A stretch of 63,831 bases of DNA, filler included, from Octopus bimaculoides (GCF_001194135.2; 9 parts of 7 records of this genome joined end to end with filler, not necessarily neighbours in it); one strand, 5' to 3'. Counted from the first letter of the whole stretch, positions 1-12,584 are shown. Made by a program: numbers and translations. Notes: generated from the sequence alone by a model not told the origin.

Positions 1-106
1 TGGCAACGCGTTGTGCCCTTGAGCAAGACACTTTATTTCATGGTGCTTCAGGCTGACCAAAGCCTTGTGAATGGATTTGGTAGATGAAAACTAGAAGAAG
101 CCCGTC

Positions 107-142
<36 letters not shown>

Positions 143-542
143 CTTTTTGTCTTCTGGAAGAAATTGGCTGTACTCAATCCTGGGGAGGGATGAACTCCAC
201 TAGGTCAAAATATACCTAAGGCATGCCATATGTCAACATGAGGCCTGTTACAACTCCATCAAGGATTTAGAAAGCCCAGAGCAACACAAGGCAATTTACA
301 TAATTGATGTTGGTCTCACAAAAGACCTAAAGAAGTTAATTGCCATTTCTAAACGAAGAACTTCTTTGGTCATATTTGTGATTTGTTTCTAAAAGAGTAT
401 CTTGTCTGTTCATACTTGTGGATCATTTCTAAACAAACATCCCCTCCGTTCACACCTATCCCTTCTCCTCACATCTGTTTCATTCATAATGAGGTATCAA
501 CAACCACACACATATATTACTAAAGAACAACTAGTAATTTAT

Positions 543-918
543 CTTTTACTTGTTTCACTCATTACATTGTGGCCATGCTGGGGCATGCCTTAAAAAATTT
601 TTAGTTGAACGAATTGCCTCCAGTTTTTGTTTTTTAATCCTAGTACTTATTTTTTTAGTCTCTTTTGCTGAACCACTAAGTTTCAGGTACATAAACACAC
701 CAACCCCAGTTGTCAAGCGGTTGTGGGGGACAAACGTAGACACACACACACACTCACATGACAGGCCTCTTTACAGTTTCCATCTTCCAAATACTCCCAC
801 ATGGCTTTGGTTGGCCCATGGCTACAATAGAAGACACTTGTCCAAGATGCCATATAGTGGAACTGAACCTGGAACCATGTGGTCTGGAAGCAAACTTCTT
901 ACCACACAGCCATGCCTG
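543..918 (-). mobile_element. tRNA-derived bipartite SINE (family 1), degraded copy
   Basis: Reverse complement matches the copies at 6745-7225 and 49126-49550 (head ...ggttccaggttcagttccac..., internal CA tract, tail ...gaaacaagtaaaaga). Confidence 0.8.
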
Positions 919-1026
919 TATCATTGGCAGATAATTTCAAAACTGGTCTCTCTTCTGGTCATGTCTGTAAACCAGATATCAGGAATTATCTAGACAGTGA
1001 AGTAAAATATCAATAATATATCTTTT

Positions 1027-1345
1027 GCAGGAAATTCAAAATTATATATCTCTGCTAGGAAATAAAAAAAAAATCTAATGTTTCACTGGATCTTACACTC
1101 ATTCGGAAATAAAAAAAAAAAAATCCAATGATGCTTCATTGGATCTCACACTCATTCCCTCCCTAGTAAAAGTGTATTTTAAGTTAACTGTTAACATCCT
1201 GTAGGAAATTTTTAAAATTATATATCTCTATTAGGAAAAAAAAAAAAAAGAAAATCCGATGATGTTTCATTGGATCTTACATTCATTCTCTTCCCAGTAA
1301 AAGTCTATTTTGAGTTAACTCTTAACATTCTATTGGAAATTTTCA
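1027..1345 (+). repeat. Degenerate tandem repeat, about 2.5 copies of a ~140-bp unit
   Basis: The motif ggaaa(a)n..tc(c)aatgatgtttcattggatcttacactcattc recurs at ~1058, ~1106 and ~1233; cagtaaaagt..ttaactgttaacat recurs at ~1165 and ~1296. Confidence 0.75.
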
Positions 1346-1711
1346 TAGTCAAAATCTCAGTACTGCACTGAGTTAATTGTTACTTGTTATGCCACGAGTT
1401 GAAATAGCTACCATATGTTTCCAGATTTCAATTATAATCAATTTCTGAGCAAACTTGTAACTAGAAATAGTTTGCAGTCAAAGAGAGATTCCATATTATT
1501 TAAAAGAAACATTTTGGTTTGTTTACATAAGAACTCAGATCCAAATCTGCCTTTGAGATAATGAGTTCTGATAATTGCCAAAAAAACAAATAGAAATAAA
1601 ATCTAGGTGTAAGGAAATATGAAATTCTTTAATTTTTAGGTATGAAAGTTTACGGTTAGTTCTGCTGGTGTTAGTACATGTTTAACTACTGAGTTAGTGT
1701 ATGTACATTAA

Positions 1712-1926
1712 CCCTTTAGCATTTAAACTGGTCATGTCTGGCTGAAATACCTGTTTTATGTTCAAACCAGCCATAGCTGGCCTCCCACACATACCCTACA
1801 GTATTATTCTAACAATAAACAATTACATGGTCAAAAGTTCAAAGTTATGAGACAGAACACAATTAATCCCAAACAATGTGAATAAACAAGCATTACATTT
1901 GACAGAGTAATCTGAACGTTAAAGGG
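1712..1926. mobile_element. piggyBac-type MITE
   Basis: Flanked by TTAA (1708-1711 and 1927-1930); termini CCCTTTAGCATT...AACGTTAAAGGG are imperfect inverted repeats starting CCC/ending GGG. A decayed relative lies at ~59487-59700. Confidence 0.75.
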
Positions 1927-1946
1927 TTAAAACCTGTTAATATAGT

Positions 1947-2150
1947 CGTGACTGGCCTTCATGCCAATGGCACGTAAAAGCACCCACTACACTCTCTGAT
2001 TGGTTGGCGTTAGGAAGGGCATCCAGCTGTAGAAACTCTGCCAAATCAGATTGGAGCTTGGTGCAGCCACCTGGTCCACCAGTCCTCAGTCAAATCGTCC
2101 AACCCATGCTAGCATGGAAAGCAGACGTTAAACGATGATGATGATGATGA
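1947..2150 (+). mobile_element. SINE with (GAT)n tail (family 2)
   Basis: Body ...ggttggcgttaggaagggcatccagctgtagaaac... and tail ccaacccatgctagcatggaaagcagacgttaaac(gat)n; reverse-strand copies at ~8275-8504 and ~41160-41360. Confidence 0.8.
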
Positions 2151-3959
2151 TATATACATATTTAACTATTAGTATTAAAATATGTTTCACCTCATAGTTA
2201 GCAAATGGACATGTTTAACCCTGTTAGTTAATAAATGTGCATGTTAATCTCTTAGGATATATGTACATGCTTAACACTGTTAGTAAATCTTCATGTAACC
2301 CATTAGTTTGTATCCATACACATTTAACCTTCTTAGTATATGTTCATGTTTAATCTCTTGGTTAATATGTACCTATTTAACACATCTCTATGTAGCTGTC
2401 ATCCTTCATATGTATCACATATGCCATAAAAACCCATGTAATTTGTGCACCTGTGTAATTTATGCAGGTGATTTCCAGGATAAAGACTGTTAGAAAAAGC
2501 TTCTACTCATGTAAAATTTGCACCCAACAGTTTTCAGAATTGCCAATATGGCCAAGGGGAAAAGGTTTTCAATTTAATTGTATTTAGTGTAATTTCACTT
2601 ACTTATGATTAGATTTTATTAAATTTTCACTAAATGAAGATAATTTCTGTTTAACAGGTATCACATTGAAAGCTATTAAATTATGAAGTGTTTGTGTTGT
2701 TTATAATAAACTTTATTTTACATTTTTTGCCCACAAGTGATTATGTCCAATCTTTAGCTTACTTCTGTATGTCTTCACAATCACAGGAAAAGTTGTTGAT
2801 AATTCTTATCAACAAAAACAACGCTGATAAATACGCACAAGTGTTGCTAAATAAGTTTAATTACCAATAAACATCAGCTTGGATAACACTTTACTCAACT
2901 GATAGAGGGAGGTGACTGATAAAACTGATTATGTAAAGAGAATTCTGATTGGTCGAAAGTGTCTTCTTGTCTCAAGCTCTGATTTTCTGCCTTTTCTTGT
3001 TGGAACTTTTGATATGGAACATTGAAATTTTAATCTCTTTCACACTTATAAAATGTCAAGCAAACTTTAAAATTTGTCATTACTGTTTTAGCTGAGAGAC
3101 CAAACTGATAGTTTGCTAACCCACTAAAATAAACATTAAAAATCGAAAAGAGAAAATAAACAGCTTTGCAAGTTTAACTCAGTGAACAAGAGAGGTGCAA
3201 AATTTAAGAAGTGACTTGTTAGAATATACACGTCTGTAAGGAGACATAAACAAGAATAGCAAGAATCTACTATACCAAATAAACTGGTAATACATACAAG
3301 TGTTCTATGAAGAGAAAAAGATTGCTGCATAATTCAACATGAATGTGAAACAACATTAAACACCATATAAGTTAAATGAAGGTTTCTGTAGGAACGCTAA
3401 GTCATATTCACTTAGTGAGTTTACATGTGCAAGGATGAATGATGTTGTTGTTGTTGATGTTAGATGCAGTAAGAGTTGATAGCGGCAATATCAGCAGTGA
3501 GGAATTTCTTTGTGTTGTGACATGGAGAAAGCAAGCAAATAGCTTCCTGGTGCAAATGCAAGCTAGACTCCCGGAGCAGAGAAAAACTGATCTATTTAAG
3601 GAAATTGCTGGGCTCCATTGCGATAGGTAGAAACTCCAAGCAATGTAAAATATGGCCTAGACCGTGATTACTAGCATGAACTTCAAACTTCAAAAAGTAG
3701 TTAACCATTTATTGGTTTTAGTAAATTTATACAGAAATAAAAGTCCAGAATAAATAAAAGTCAACTTCATTATATATTTTCTGTAAAAACCTATTCTGAC
3801 ATTAAATGAATCAACTTCCTGTATGAATGTTTACATTTGTACATCATTTTTCAGCAAAAAATATTTCTAAAGAAATTTTGGAAACTATCTACTCATGTAA
3901 TTTACACACCCACTAGAGTTTATTTTTGTTTTTGTGAAAAAAGTGCATAAATTTCATGG

Positions 3960-5620
3960 GTTTTTACGCTATATCATACATATCAAGGATGACATCTGCA
4001 TAAAGAAGTGCTATGCACTCGAAATGAATGTAAGCTGCATAAGGAGACTTCTTGATGTGCGGAAGCTGTGTAATTGTATTGAATTTTTGTGGACCAAGTT
4101 TAGCTAGCTCTTTTCACAAGGCTTTGAATCAAATACCTTGGTGATATCAAAGAAAGCCATGTACAACAGTATGTAATATTGTGCATGGCATTTTTCCTGC
4201 AACTGATGACATAAGAAAATTGAAAGTAATATTGAGGTTTGGTTGAGTAAGTCTTCAACAGAGGGATGAACAGAAATATTTCCAGCAATTGATAAATGCA
4301 AGATTCCTCATTAGTTGTCACAATCCAGTTTGTCTCCTACCTTGAAAAAAATAATAGTTGCATCTCTGAGGTCAACTGGTATCGAAAACCATGTCCAGAT
4401 TAGAAGAAATAGTGCAAGAAGCCTTGTTATAAATGTTTCATTTTCAAGTTTATTTATCCCAGCTAGAATCCAATTGGGTCCAGCTGCCTTTTTTCGTTTT
4501 GAAGGGAACAGATTAATTTTTTGATTTTTGTAATGTCAAGCAGTGCAGCTATTCCCCATTGGTCTTTATGCAATGTTGTCCTGAGATTTTTCATTGGCCA
4601 TATTGTCCCAATGAAGCAATTTTTCGAAATATTTTTCATCTCTGATTACTTTTTTCTTGTTTGATAGTTCTTGATTGTGAATCTATTACACAGGGACTAT
4701 AGATCTAATCATATTGAAGAAATTTCTTCTGATATACATATCAACCAGTTTCTCTGTTTCAGGTGCTTAGTTTTTATTGCATGTGCTTATTTCTGAACTG
4801 CAGCCATTGCTTGTTGGCAACTTTTCCATTTGTGTTCATTATTCTTGCCTTTTTGGTAGGTATGGAAAGTCCCTTTGTTTCTATTGAATAGCTATATGAT
4901 TTGGGTGATGCTCTCAATAAACCAGCTTTTGAGTTTTTTGGCTGTAAAACCAAAGAACTCTTAATAAGCTGCAGATATAACCTCCTTTAGAATGCACCAT
5001 GTATTTTCAGTGGTGTTACTGATGGGTGACAGTCATCATTTAAACAGTAAATGCTGCTGAAGTTACTTTGCATTTGCTGGGTCTGAGAGAAACTCAGTGT
5101 TGACATCGTTTCTGTTGTTAAATTTGATTAGAAATGAGTTAGATTGCCACTTTGGTCATATTTAATGGTGGTCAGTCCAGCAATCATTGGCTCTTGCTGT
5201 GATGTGCAGTTAGTGTGCAGTCCTGTGAATGCAGCTCTGTACAATGACACAGTCACTTATGTGCTGGTGCTTTGATCTTAGATACTGCCACAAACCTTTT
5301 TACCAATTTATTTGTTAGAATGGTATGTTGGTCATTGTTTACTAAAGTCTGTTCCTCACATTTAGTTAGGAGCAGAATGCCAGTTGAGTTAGCCCTTCCC
5401 ATACCCTTCTTTCCTGTAGTGCCATTCAGTAGTTCAAATCTTAGCCAACTCTGGAGAGTAGTTATCACATACTTGGATTGAAACATAAGTGTCTTTCAGA
5501 AACAGCATCTGAGAAGTCCTTTCTAGAATTAGCTCTGCTTCACCTGTATTGGGTGAGAAAAGTTGCCTCAAACATAGCCTCACTCAGTTTCATTGACTGG
5601 GTCTCCATCTTTAGTGGGGT
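3960..5620 (-). mobile_element. Decayed RTE-clade LINE (C-terminal APE endonuclease and RT remnants)
   Basis: Minus-strand translations GKKGMGRANSTGILLLTKC (APE), DLRDATII, QLQEKCHAQYYILLYMAFFDITKVFD and LLYAD resemble RTE/BovB-type ORF motifs; many stops and frameshifts. Confidence 0.75.
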
Positions 5621-5669
5621 TATCTATTTTAGTTTCTGACTTTTTTGAAGATGAAAGAAATAATATATA

Positions 5670-6010
5670 ATAAAAATTTATAGAAATGTTTAGACTCTTA
5701 TTAAAAAGCCAAGTAGCGTCCATACAGCACTTATCTCTAGGGAGTTGGCACACTTCATTCTAGTCTTTACTGAGATGAGACTACCTAATGAGGGACAGCT
5801 GAAAAAAACATGGTGGTTGATAAACCCCCTTTTGGAAAGGCAAGCTATAAGAAGAGCAACATTTACATGAAACAGGCTTTGTAGTCCATAATGATCATGC
5901 TGACTGTCTATGTAAACTGTCTACTGGCATTGCTGAAAGATTGAGGATTCTTCATTTAAAACTTGCTGGCTCTAACAAGTATATCAGATAAATAGTATAG
6001 TTTAATGTTA
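5670..6010 (+). mobile_element. Inverted N-terminal APE fragment of an RTE LINE
   Basis: Plus-strand NV*TL...TALISRELAHF..TEMRLPNEGQL..FWKGK..HETGFVV..ERLRILHLKL matches the start of RTE ORFs (NVRTL..RTALVARELARY..SETRL). Confidence 0.7.
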
Positions 6011-6744
6011 TTGTATCAGACATAGAGAGTGAATTGGTACATGTATATTAAGCGTTCAGTGTGATTTAGTAGAAATGTATCTAAATGATAAGGTCTTTCT
6101 TACCTGCATTTATGAGAATAAGAATTGTGAAGATGATATCAACATAGTGTTTTTCACTAACTGCTTTGACGAGTTGATAGATAGTCAAACAGATTGCAAT
6201 GACAATGTTTATAAGAGACATTGATAAGAAGAGCCATTCTGTTGCTGTCAATCCAGAAAAGGTTCGAAACTGAAAGAAGAAAGATAATGAAATTGAAAGA
6301 AAACGTTTAGCCTTCTATTTCATCAGTATTTTATATATACAATGATAAAAGAGTTTTCATGCTAGTAACAGAATGATTAGTCTTCATTTAAATGATGTTC
6401 AAAAGAAAGCCATCCCATCAGTCATAATTTGACAAACACTCACACACAAATGCACACACATATGTATACATAAACATAAACAAACACAGAAACATACACA
6501 ACATGCAGGGCCAGATTAAGACCCATAGAGGGCTTAAGCACTTAAAAGGTTTTGGTGCCACAATATGTGTGTGTGTGTGTAATTCAAAACATAAACAATA
6601 CAAAACAAAATTAAACAAAACTAACAATAATATGGAAAATAATGTTTATTTTTGTATACTTCTATTTAAATTACATTTGAAAAGATTTCTATTTTTTTAA
6701 TTGCAAAGTATTTGATCAGCTCTTCAAAATTAACTGTACACAAT

Positions 6745-6918
6745 AGGTGCAGGAGTGGCTGTGTGGTAAATAGCTTGCTTACCAGCCTCATGGTTTTGGG
6801 TTCATTCCCACTGTGTGGCACCTTGGGCAAGTGTCTTCTACTATAGCCTCGGGCCGACCAAAGCCTTGTTAGTGGATTTAGTAGACGGAAACTGAAAGAA
6901 GCCCATCATATATATGTG

Positions 6919-6949
<31 letters not shown>

Positions 6950-7225
6950 GTGTGTGTATATGTTTGTGTGTCTGTGTTTGTCCCCCCAACATCGCTTGAC
7001 ATCCGATGGTGGTGTGTTTACGTCTCTGTAACTTAGTGGTTCGGCAAAAGAGACCTATAGAATAAGTACTAGGCTTACAAAGAATAAGTCCTGGGGTCGA
7101 TTTGCTTGACTAAAGGCGGTGCTCNNNNNNNNNNAGAATAAGTCCTGGGGTCGATTTGCTTGACTAAAGGCGGTGCTCCAGCATGGCCACAGTCAAATGA
7201 CTGAAACAAGTAAAAGAATAAAGAG
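6745..7225 (+). mobile_element. Near full-length bipartite tRNA-derived SINE (family 1) with internal (TA)n(TG)n tract
   Basis: A/B-box-like head (gtggctgtgtggtaa...gggttcattccc), left half ending gaaactgaaagaagccc, microsatellite, right half ending aaatgactgaaacaagtaaaagaataaagag. It contains a 10-N gap. Confidence 0.85.
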
Positions 7226-8221
7226 TAAAGTGAACACTTCTGCTTCTATACTTCGTAGACATAGCCTGCCTTGTTGCATAATTGTTCTCTCCAAGCTATC
7301 AATCATTGAGATTTGATGTGTTGAGTACCATCTTAATCTCTTCAAAGTGAAACTATGCCTTGGACGATGGAGTCTAAGAAACACACGATGGGATGTCCGT
7401 GGTTGGATAGTTTTTGATCACAGGCCTGTTTGATCAAGGCAATCCTAGGGATGAACAGCAACAACCACTACAAACAGTATTTCACAGGCTATGAAACTTT
7501 TCAGTTATTTTATTCTCTTCTTGCCCACAAAACATAGTGTTTTTTTTTTCTTTTTGTTTCTATTTTTGTGAAGAGAAGAACACAGGACAAAAAGTTGTTT
7601 CAATAGACATTTTTTCGGTCAATTCTATATGATGAAAATAAATTACCTTGGGGAAAACAAAAGTACTTCTTTTATTTTGGCACATCAGCTGAGTTCATTT
7701 TCTCTTTTGTGCAACATGTAATATAAGATAGTTACTGATTACACACATACACACACATGCATGTAAATGCATTTACACTCCTCTTTGCACACACATATTC
7801 ATATTTTCATAAATACTCACACACAAACATGCATGCATACATATGCATAGAAATAAACAAACGCAGAAACATACATTATATGTATGCCATTCTTTCTTGT
7901 TAAGTTAGTCAAGAACAGGAAACTTATTAAAAAAAACAGTTAGAAAACAAGAAATGTTGGTGGAGTGAGGTGGGAAGAGAAGTTATTAAGAGTGAGGAAG
8001 GAAACCCAAACTCTTGGAAAATGCATGCAAATGAAGAAATGTAAGAAATAATGGTTTTGTTAACTTCAAGAATTTCCTCCAGGAGAGATGGTCAATAAAT
8101 TTGTTGGCTTATTTGTTTCACACACTTCAGGACAACATAGATAAACACATATATTACCATACAAACATGTGTGTACATGTGTATGTATATTTATATATAT
8201 ATACATACATACATATATATA

Positions 8222-8258
<37 letters not shown>

Positions 8259-8274
8259 TATACATGTGTGTCTT

Positions 8275-8504
8275 CATCATTATCATCATCATCGTTTAAC
8301 GTCCGCTTTCCATGCTAGCATGGGTTGGACGATTTGACTGAGGACTGGTGAAACCGGATGGCAACACCAGGCTCCAATCTAATTTGGCAGAGTTTCTACA
8401 GCTGGATGCCCTTCCTAACGCCAACCACTCAGAGAGTGTAGTGGGCGCTTTTACGTGTCACCCGCACGAAAACGGCCACGCTCGAAATGGTGTCTTTTAT
8501 GTGC
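8275..8504 (-). mobile_element. SINE family 2 ((GAT)n tail)
   Basis: Reverse complement of the 1947-2150 element, beginning (cat)n cgtttaacgtccgctttccatgctagcatgggttgg. Confidence 0.8.
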
Positions 8505-8548
8505 NNNNNNNNNNNNNNNNNNNNNNNNNNNNNNNNNNNNNNNNNNNN

Positions 8549-8560
8549 TTAATTAATTAA
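8549..8560. other. Artificial six-frame-stop scaffold linker TTAATTAATTAA (also at 18986, 35267, 39137, 45163, 51611, 55899, 61833)
   Basis: An identical palindromic 12-mer sits in the middle of a 100-bp block (44 N + 12 + 44 N) eight times and has stops in all six frames. Confidence 0.95.
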
Positions 8561-8610
8561 NNNNNNNNNNNNNNNNNNNNNNNNNNNNNNNNNNNNNNNN
8601 NNNNACATGC

Positions 8611-8645
<35 letters not shown>

Positions 8646-8673
8646 ACCACAAACATTAATGTCTCTGTGTATG

Positions 8674-8707
<34 letters not shown>

Positions 8708-9163
8708 TACATAGACATATATACACAAACACATATATACATACAGACAAGCACACACACACGTGTGTGTGTAACATACGTACATCATCCTCCCTTTATG
8801 TCGTTGGCCCACCCTGGCTCCCACCACTTTCTTCTCCTCTTTACCAAACCCATATATCCTCCTACCGTTTTCCTTACCAAAGCAGCATACCTCTTCCTGG
8901 TCCTCCACTTTCCTCTTCTGTCAAGCGCTCAGTATTCCGTTATTCTAGTACCACTGTTGTGCGTCTACTAAGGGTAGATAGATTATTGTTTCATATACAC
9001 ACTTACACAGATGTACACATATGCATGCATACACATGCGAATCCAGTTGTTATTGGTCTCCAGTCTTTTTTAAAAATTTTTTGGTGGATATGATGGAAAC
9101 ATGTATGCATGGGTATACAAATATACACATATACATTTGTGTATATTTATCAACATATGCATA

Positions 9164-9447
9164 TTTGTAGTAAAGATTGTTTGCCAACATAACATGGCAG
9201 TCCTGGTTTAGGACTAATGTTGCTGTAATTTAGCCCCAGGAGACATCGTCTCCAGCTGGCTATACGACGTGATCTGTGTCCTTATATTTTCGAGCAAGGG
9301 AATCTAGCATCCCCACTCAGAAAATATAAGGACACAGATCATGTCGTATAGCCAGCTGGAGACGATGTTTCCTGGGGCTAAGTTACAGCAACATTAGTCC
9401 TAAGCCAGGACTGCCATGTTATGTTGGCAAACAATCTTTACTACAAA
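9164..9447. repeat. Near-perfect 284-bp foldback (MITE-like hairpin)
   Basis: Arms 9164-9294 and 9316-9447 are reverse complements with 4 substitutions and 1 indel; 21-nt loop. Confidence 0.9.
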
Positions 9448-9733
9448 GTACTGTTGCTGAATATCTCATGTTGTGAGATTTAGAAATGGTAATTTTCTAA
9501 TATGCATATTTATGTATAGACATAAATATATGCAAGAGTAATAAAATGACTTAGAAAAAATGCATTGTCCTCCCTATACACATATGCGCATGCAGAGAAA
9601 GAGAAAAAGAGTGAGAGAGAGAGAGAGAAATGTTTTTACGTCCTGTTATAATAAAAACAATTTTACATTAATCTGATGGGTTACTCTGTACCTTTGTAGA
9701 GTACAAATTTATTATTCTTATACAAGAATGTTG

Positions 9734-9816
9734 TTGACAGTGGCTTCAAAGATTTAGCCAGCTAAGCCATTGTCTGACAATGGCTTAGCTAGCGGAAACT
9801 TCAAAGTCACTGTTAA
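9734..9816. repeat. 41-bp-arm inverted repeat
   Basis: ttgacagtggcttc...agctaagccattgtc-t-gacaatggcttagct...gtcactgttaa; the inner 15 bp are perfect. Confidence 0.85.
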
Positions 9817-10247
9817 TAATATTTTTGTTTAAGAATAATAAACAAATAGATAAATAAGTATGTGTGTGTGCGTGCATGTGTGCGATAGTGACTTTTGAAA
9901 AATCTATAAATAGAAATTGATTCTTTCAGTTAAAATTTCTTCAAGACTCAGCCCTAGCCTGGCTACAGTCTAATGGGGAGGGCAGGAATTAAAAGATGTG
10001 TGTGTGTATGTATGTATGTATGTATGTATATATATATATATATGTGTGTGTGTGTCATATATATATATATATATATATATAGAGGAGCATTTGCTTGTCT
10101 AATGATAGTCATGTCTATAACTTGCTTACTCGAATTGAAGTATGCATGCTCATTCAGGATAAAACACATTTCTGAATTACCGACACACATCATTATCGAC
10201 AGCAGCAACAAGACTGATACAGGATTTCACAAGACTAAACATCCCCC

Positions 10248-10335
<88 letters not shown>

Positions 10336-11070
10336 CTAGAAACCTGAATCTCAAGCATCACAATTATCATAATCAGCATCGTTAGCAAGAGAACACTTTG
10401 TTGTTTAAAATTGGTGAAGAAGCAGGGTACTTTATTGAAGAACGGGGCCCGTTTGATATTGGCGTTTACTAGAGATGTAGTCTGTTGTATATTGATGGTA
10501 GAATTTGATGGAAAGTGGTGGTGGTGGTGGGGTTGTTTTGGTGGAGTTGGACTGTTTTCTTGGAGGAGTTGTTTGGTGGAGGAATTGTGTTTGCGAAATT
10601 GTTGGAGAAATTCAGGGATTTCACAGAAGTGATGGAGGAAGCTGAGATTGATTGTTGTTCGTAGTGCTGATGAAGGAATTCTGTTCTTGGAATTCACTGC
10701 AGAAGCTCGAATTCACAGAATTGATGTCGATGGTGGAATTTTTAGGGTTGAGAGAATATGACTGTGGAATTCTGTCCCTTGGAGTTGGAAGAATTCATTC
10801 AGTTGTTGATGAAAGACAAACATGTATTGATTATTGATTTGTAAACCAAGAGAAAAAAAAAAAAAGAGAAAAGAAACAAAAAAATCCTGAAAACCANNNN
10901 NNNNNNNNNNNNNNNNNNNNNNNNNNNNNNNNNNNNNNNNNNNNNNNNNNNNNNNNNNNNNNNNNNNNNNNNNNNNNNNNNNNNNNNNNNNNNNNNTGTA
11001 TGTATGTATGTATGTATGTATGTATTCACCCGATTTTTCAAGCTGTTTCTACATTCGAGAATTCCTTTAT

Positions 11071-11105
<35 letters not shown>

Positions 11106-11569
11106 ATATATATATTTCGGTGCGAAGGGCTTTTATACGGCGCCGTTTTTACAATCCTGTAGATAATAATAACAGTATTTTTTTTATTTTACATAAGCTT
11201 AAAGCTTGTGGCAATCACCGTGCAATGACTAAGGAAAATAGTCTAATAAAGGAGCAGATTAATAAATCCAGGCTGGTATCTTGAAAGCACTCAATGGCTA
11301 AATGAACTTGGTTAACTACATCAAACGATCAGATCCCTATAGAATTAACATCCACTGTTGATGGTTTAGATAGACAGACAGACAGACAGACAGATAGATA
11401 GATAGATAGAATCAGACGCAGTGGAGAGATTAAAGTAGTGGTGATGGTAGTGGTGGAAGTACCATGACTAAAGACTCATAAACTGCGATAGATGGAAAGT
11501 GGGAGAAAAGGATAGAAGAAGAAAAATATAATAAAAGAAAGGAGAGAGAGAATCACTCCTTGAATTGTT

Positions 11570-11755
11570 TAATGACGCTCTAGGTTCTCGTGCTCATAAA
11601 ATCAAAATGGCGTCTTGCTCAGTGGACAGCTTCCGGTATATTTGCCACTGACGTACTGTTTTTGCTCTGTGTTGTTCTTGTGATTATAATCTTTTTATCT
11701 TTATTGGCATTCATTTTATTGAGATCTTACATTTCTATCTACTTGACGGGTGAGC
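11570..11755 (+). promoter_or_regulatory. Candidate promoter/first-exon region (YY1-like, ETS-like and CRE-like motifs)
   Basis: CAAAATGGCG (11603), CTTCCGG (11630) and TGACGT (11649) in a locally CpG-containing patch; possible donor GG|GTGAGC at 11750. Motif inference only. Confidence 0.3.
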
Positions 11756-12339
11756 TGTGACTTGGATGAATTCCCTTTACTAAAATTTAACAGCCATGTT
11801 TCCAGAGCAATTCGACATACAAGCTTTCCCTTAGGAGCTACTGTTTAAATGGAGGCGTTCCCCATGCTTTGTAGAACAACAAAGAAACAGACAGCTTTGA
11901 GGTGGAATTATCAATTATATATATTAGAACGTATTTTGACTTTTTTCTCTTTATTTTACCTCTAGGAGATATCTTAATTGATCACAGGGATTGCTTTCCT
12001 TCAGAAATTTCACAAAACAACGATCTTTGGTGAAATAACTTGTGGTTAAAACTAACAGAAAAGTCCCTCGCCTCATGAAAGGAAAACTGGTTACGTGAAA
12101 AAAATTCTTAAATCACGGAAAGCGCGTCTTTAGAGTTTACTTATTGTTATTATCAAATACAGGACTTTATTGACATAACTGGCCCAGGACATGTTTTATC
12201 GTGTGTAATCCATCACTTTTAAGATAAGTTAACGCAATGACTCATACTGAGAGCTTTCTCAAGAAACAACAGCTGATGTGACACGATTCCCCTAAAACTC
12301 GGTACAACACATACATATGGGTTTTGAATTTTAGCAGAA

Positions 12340-12535
12340 GCCCAGGAATTTAGGGGTAATGGTCAAGTCGATTACATTAATCCTAGTACTCAAGTGGTGC
12401 TTATTCTATCGACTCCGAAAGAGTAAAAGGCAAAGTCGGCCTCAGTGAAATTTGAACTTAGAACGTAAAGACGGACGAGACGCCGCTAAGTATTTTATCC
12501 GGCATGCTAACGATTTTTTCAGCTCGCACTTTACA
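12340..12535 (-). mobile_element. tRNA-derived SINE (family 3, type-B tail), decayed
   Basis: Reverse complement resembles 12816-12999 (gaatttgaactt.agaacgtaaagac...gctaacga). Confidence 0.7.
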
Positions 12536-12584
12536 ATACATATATATTGTATACTGAACTGACACATTTTTCAGTTTCTGTCTA

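Noticed and set aside
6295-6330. Hammerhead-like CTGATGA...AAACGTT on the minus strand (similar relic at ~47605-47660)
   Set aside because: The GAAA or core positions are lost; too degraded to call.
6745-6830. tRNA genes at SINE heads
   Set aside because: A/B-box-like motifs are present, but there is no complete cloverleaf and each continues into SINE body sequence.
7082-7177. Direct repeat of ~43 bp either side of a 10-N gap
   Set aside because: Identical overlap across a gap, typical of unmerged contig ends.
8505-8604. Recurrent palindromic TTAATTAATTAA motif (8 copies)
   Set aside because: Always centred in an exact 100-bp N block; an assembly/scaffolding linker, not biology.
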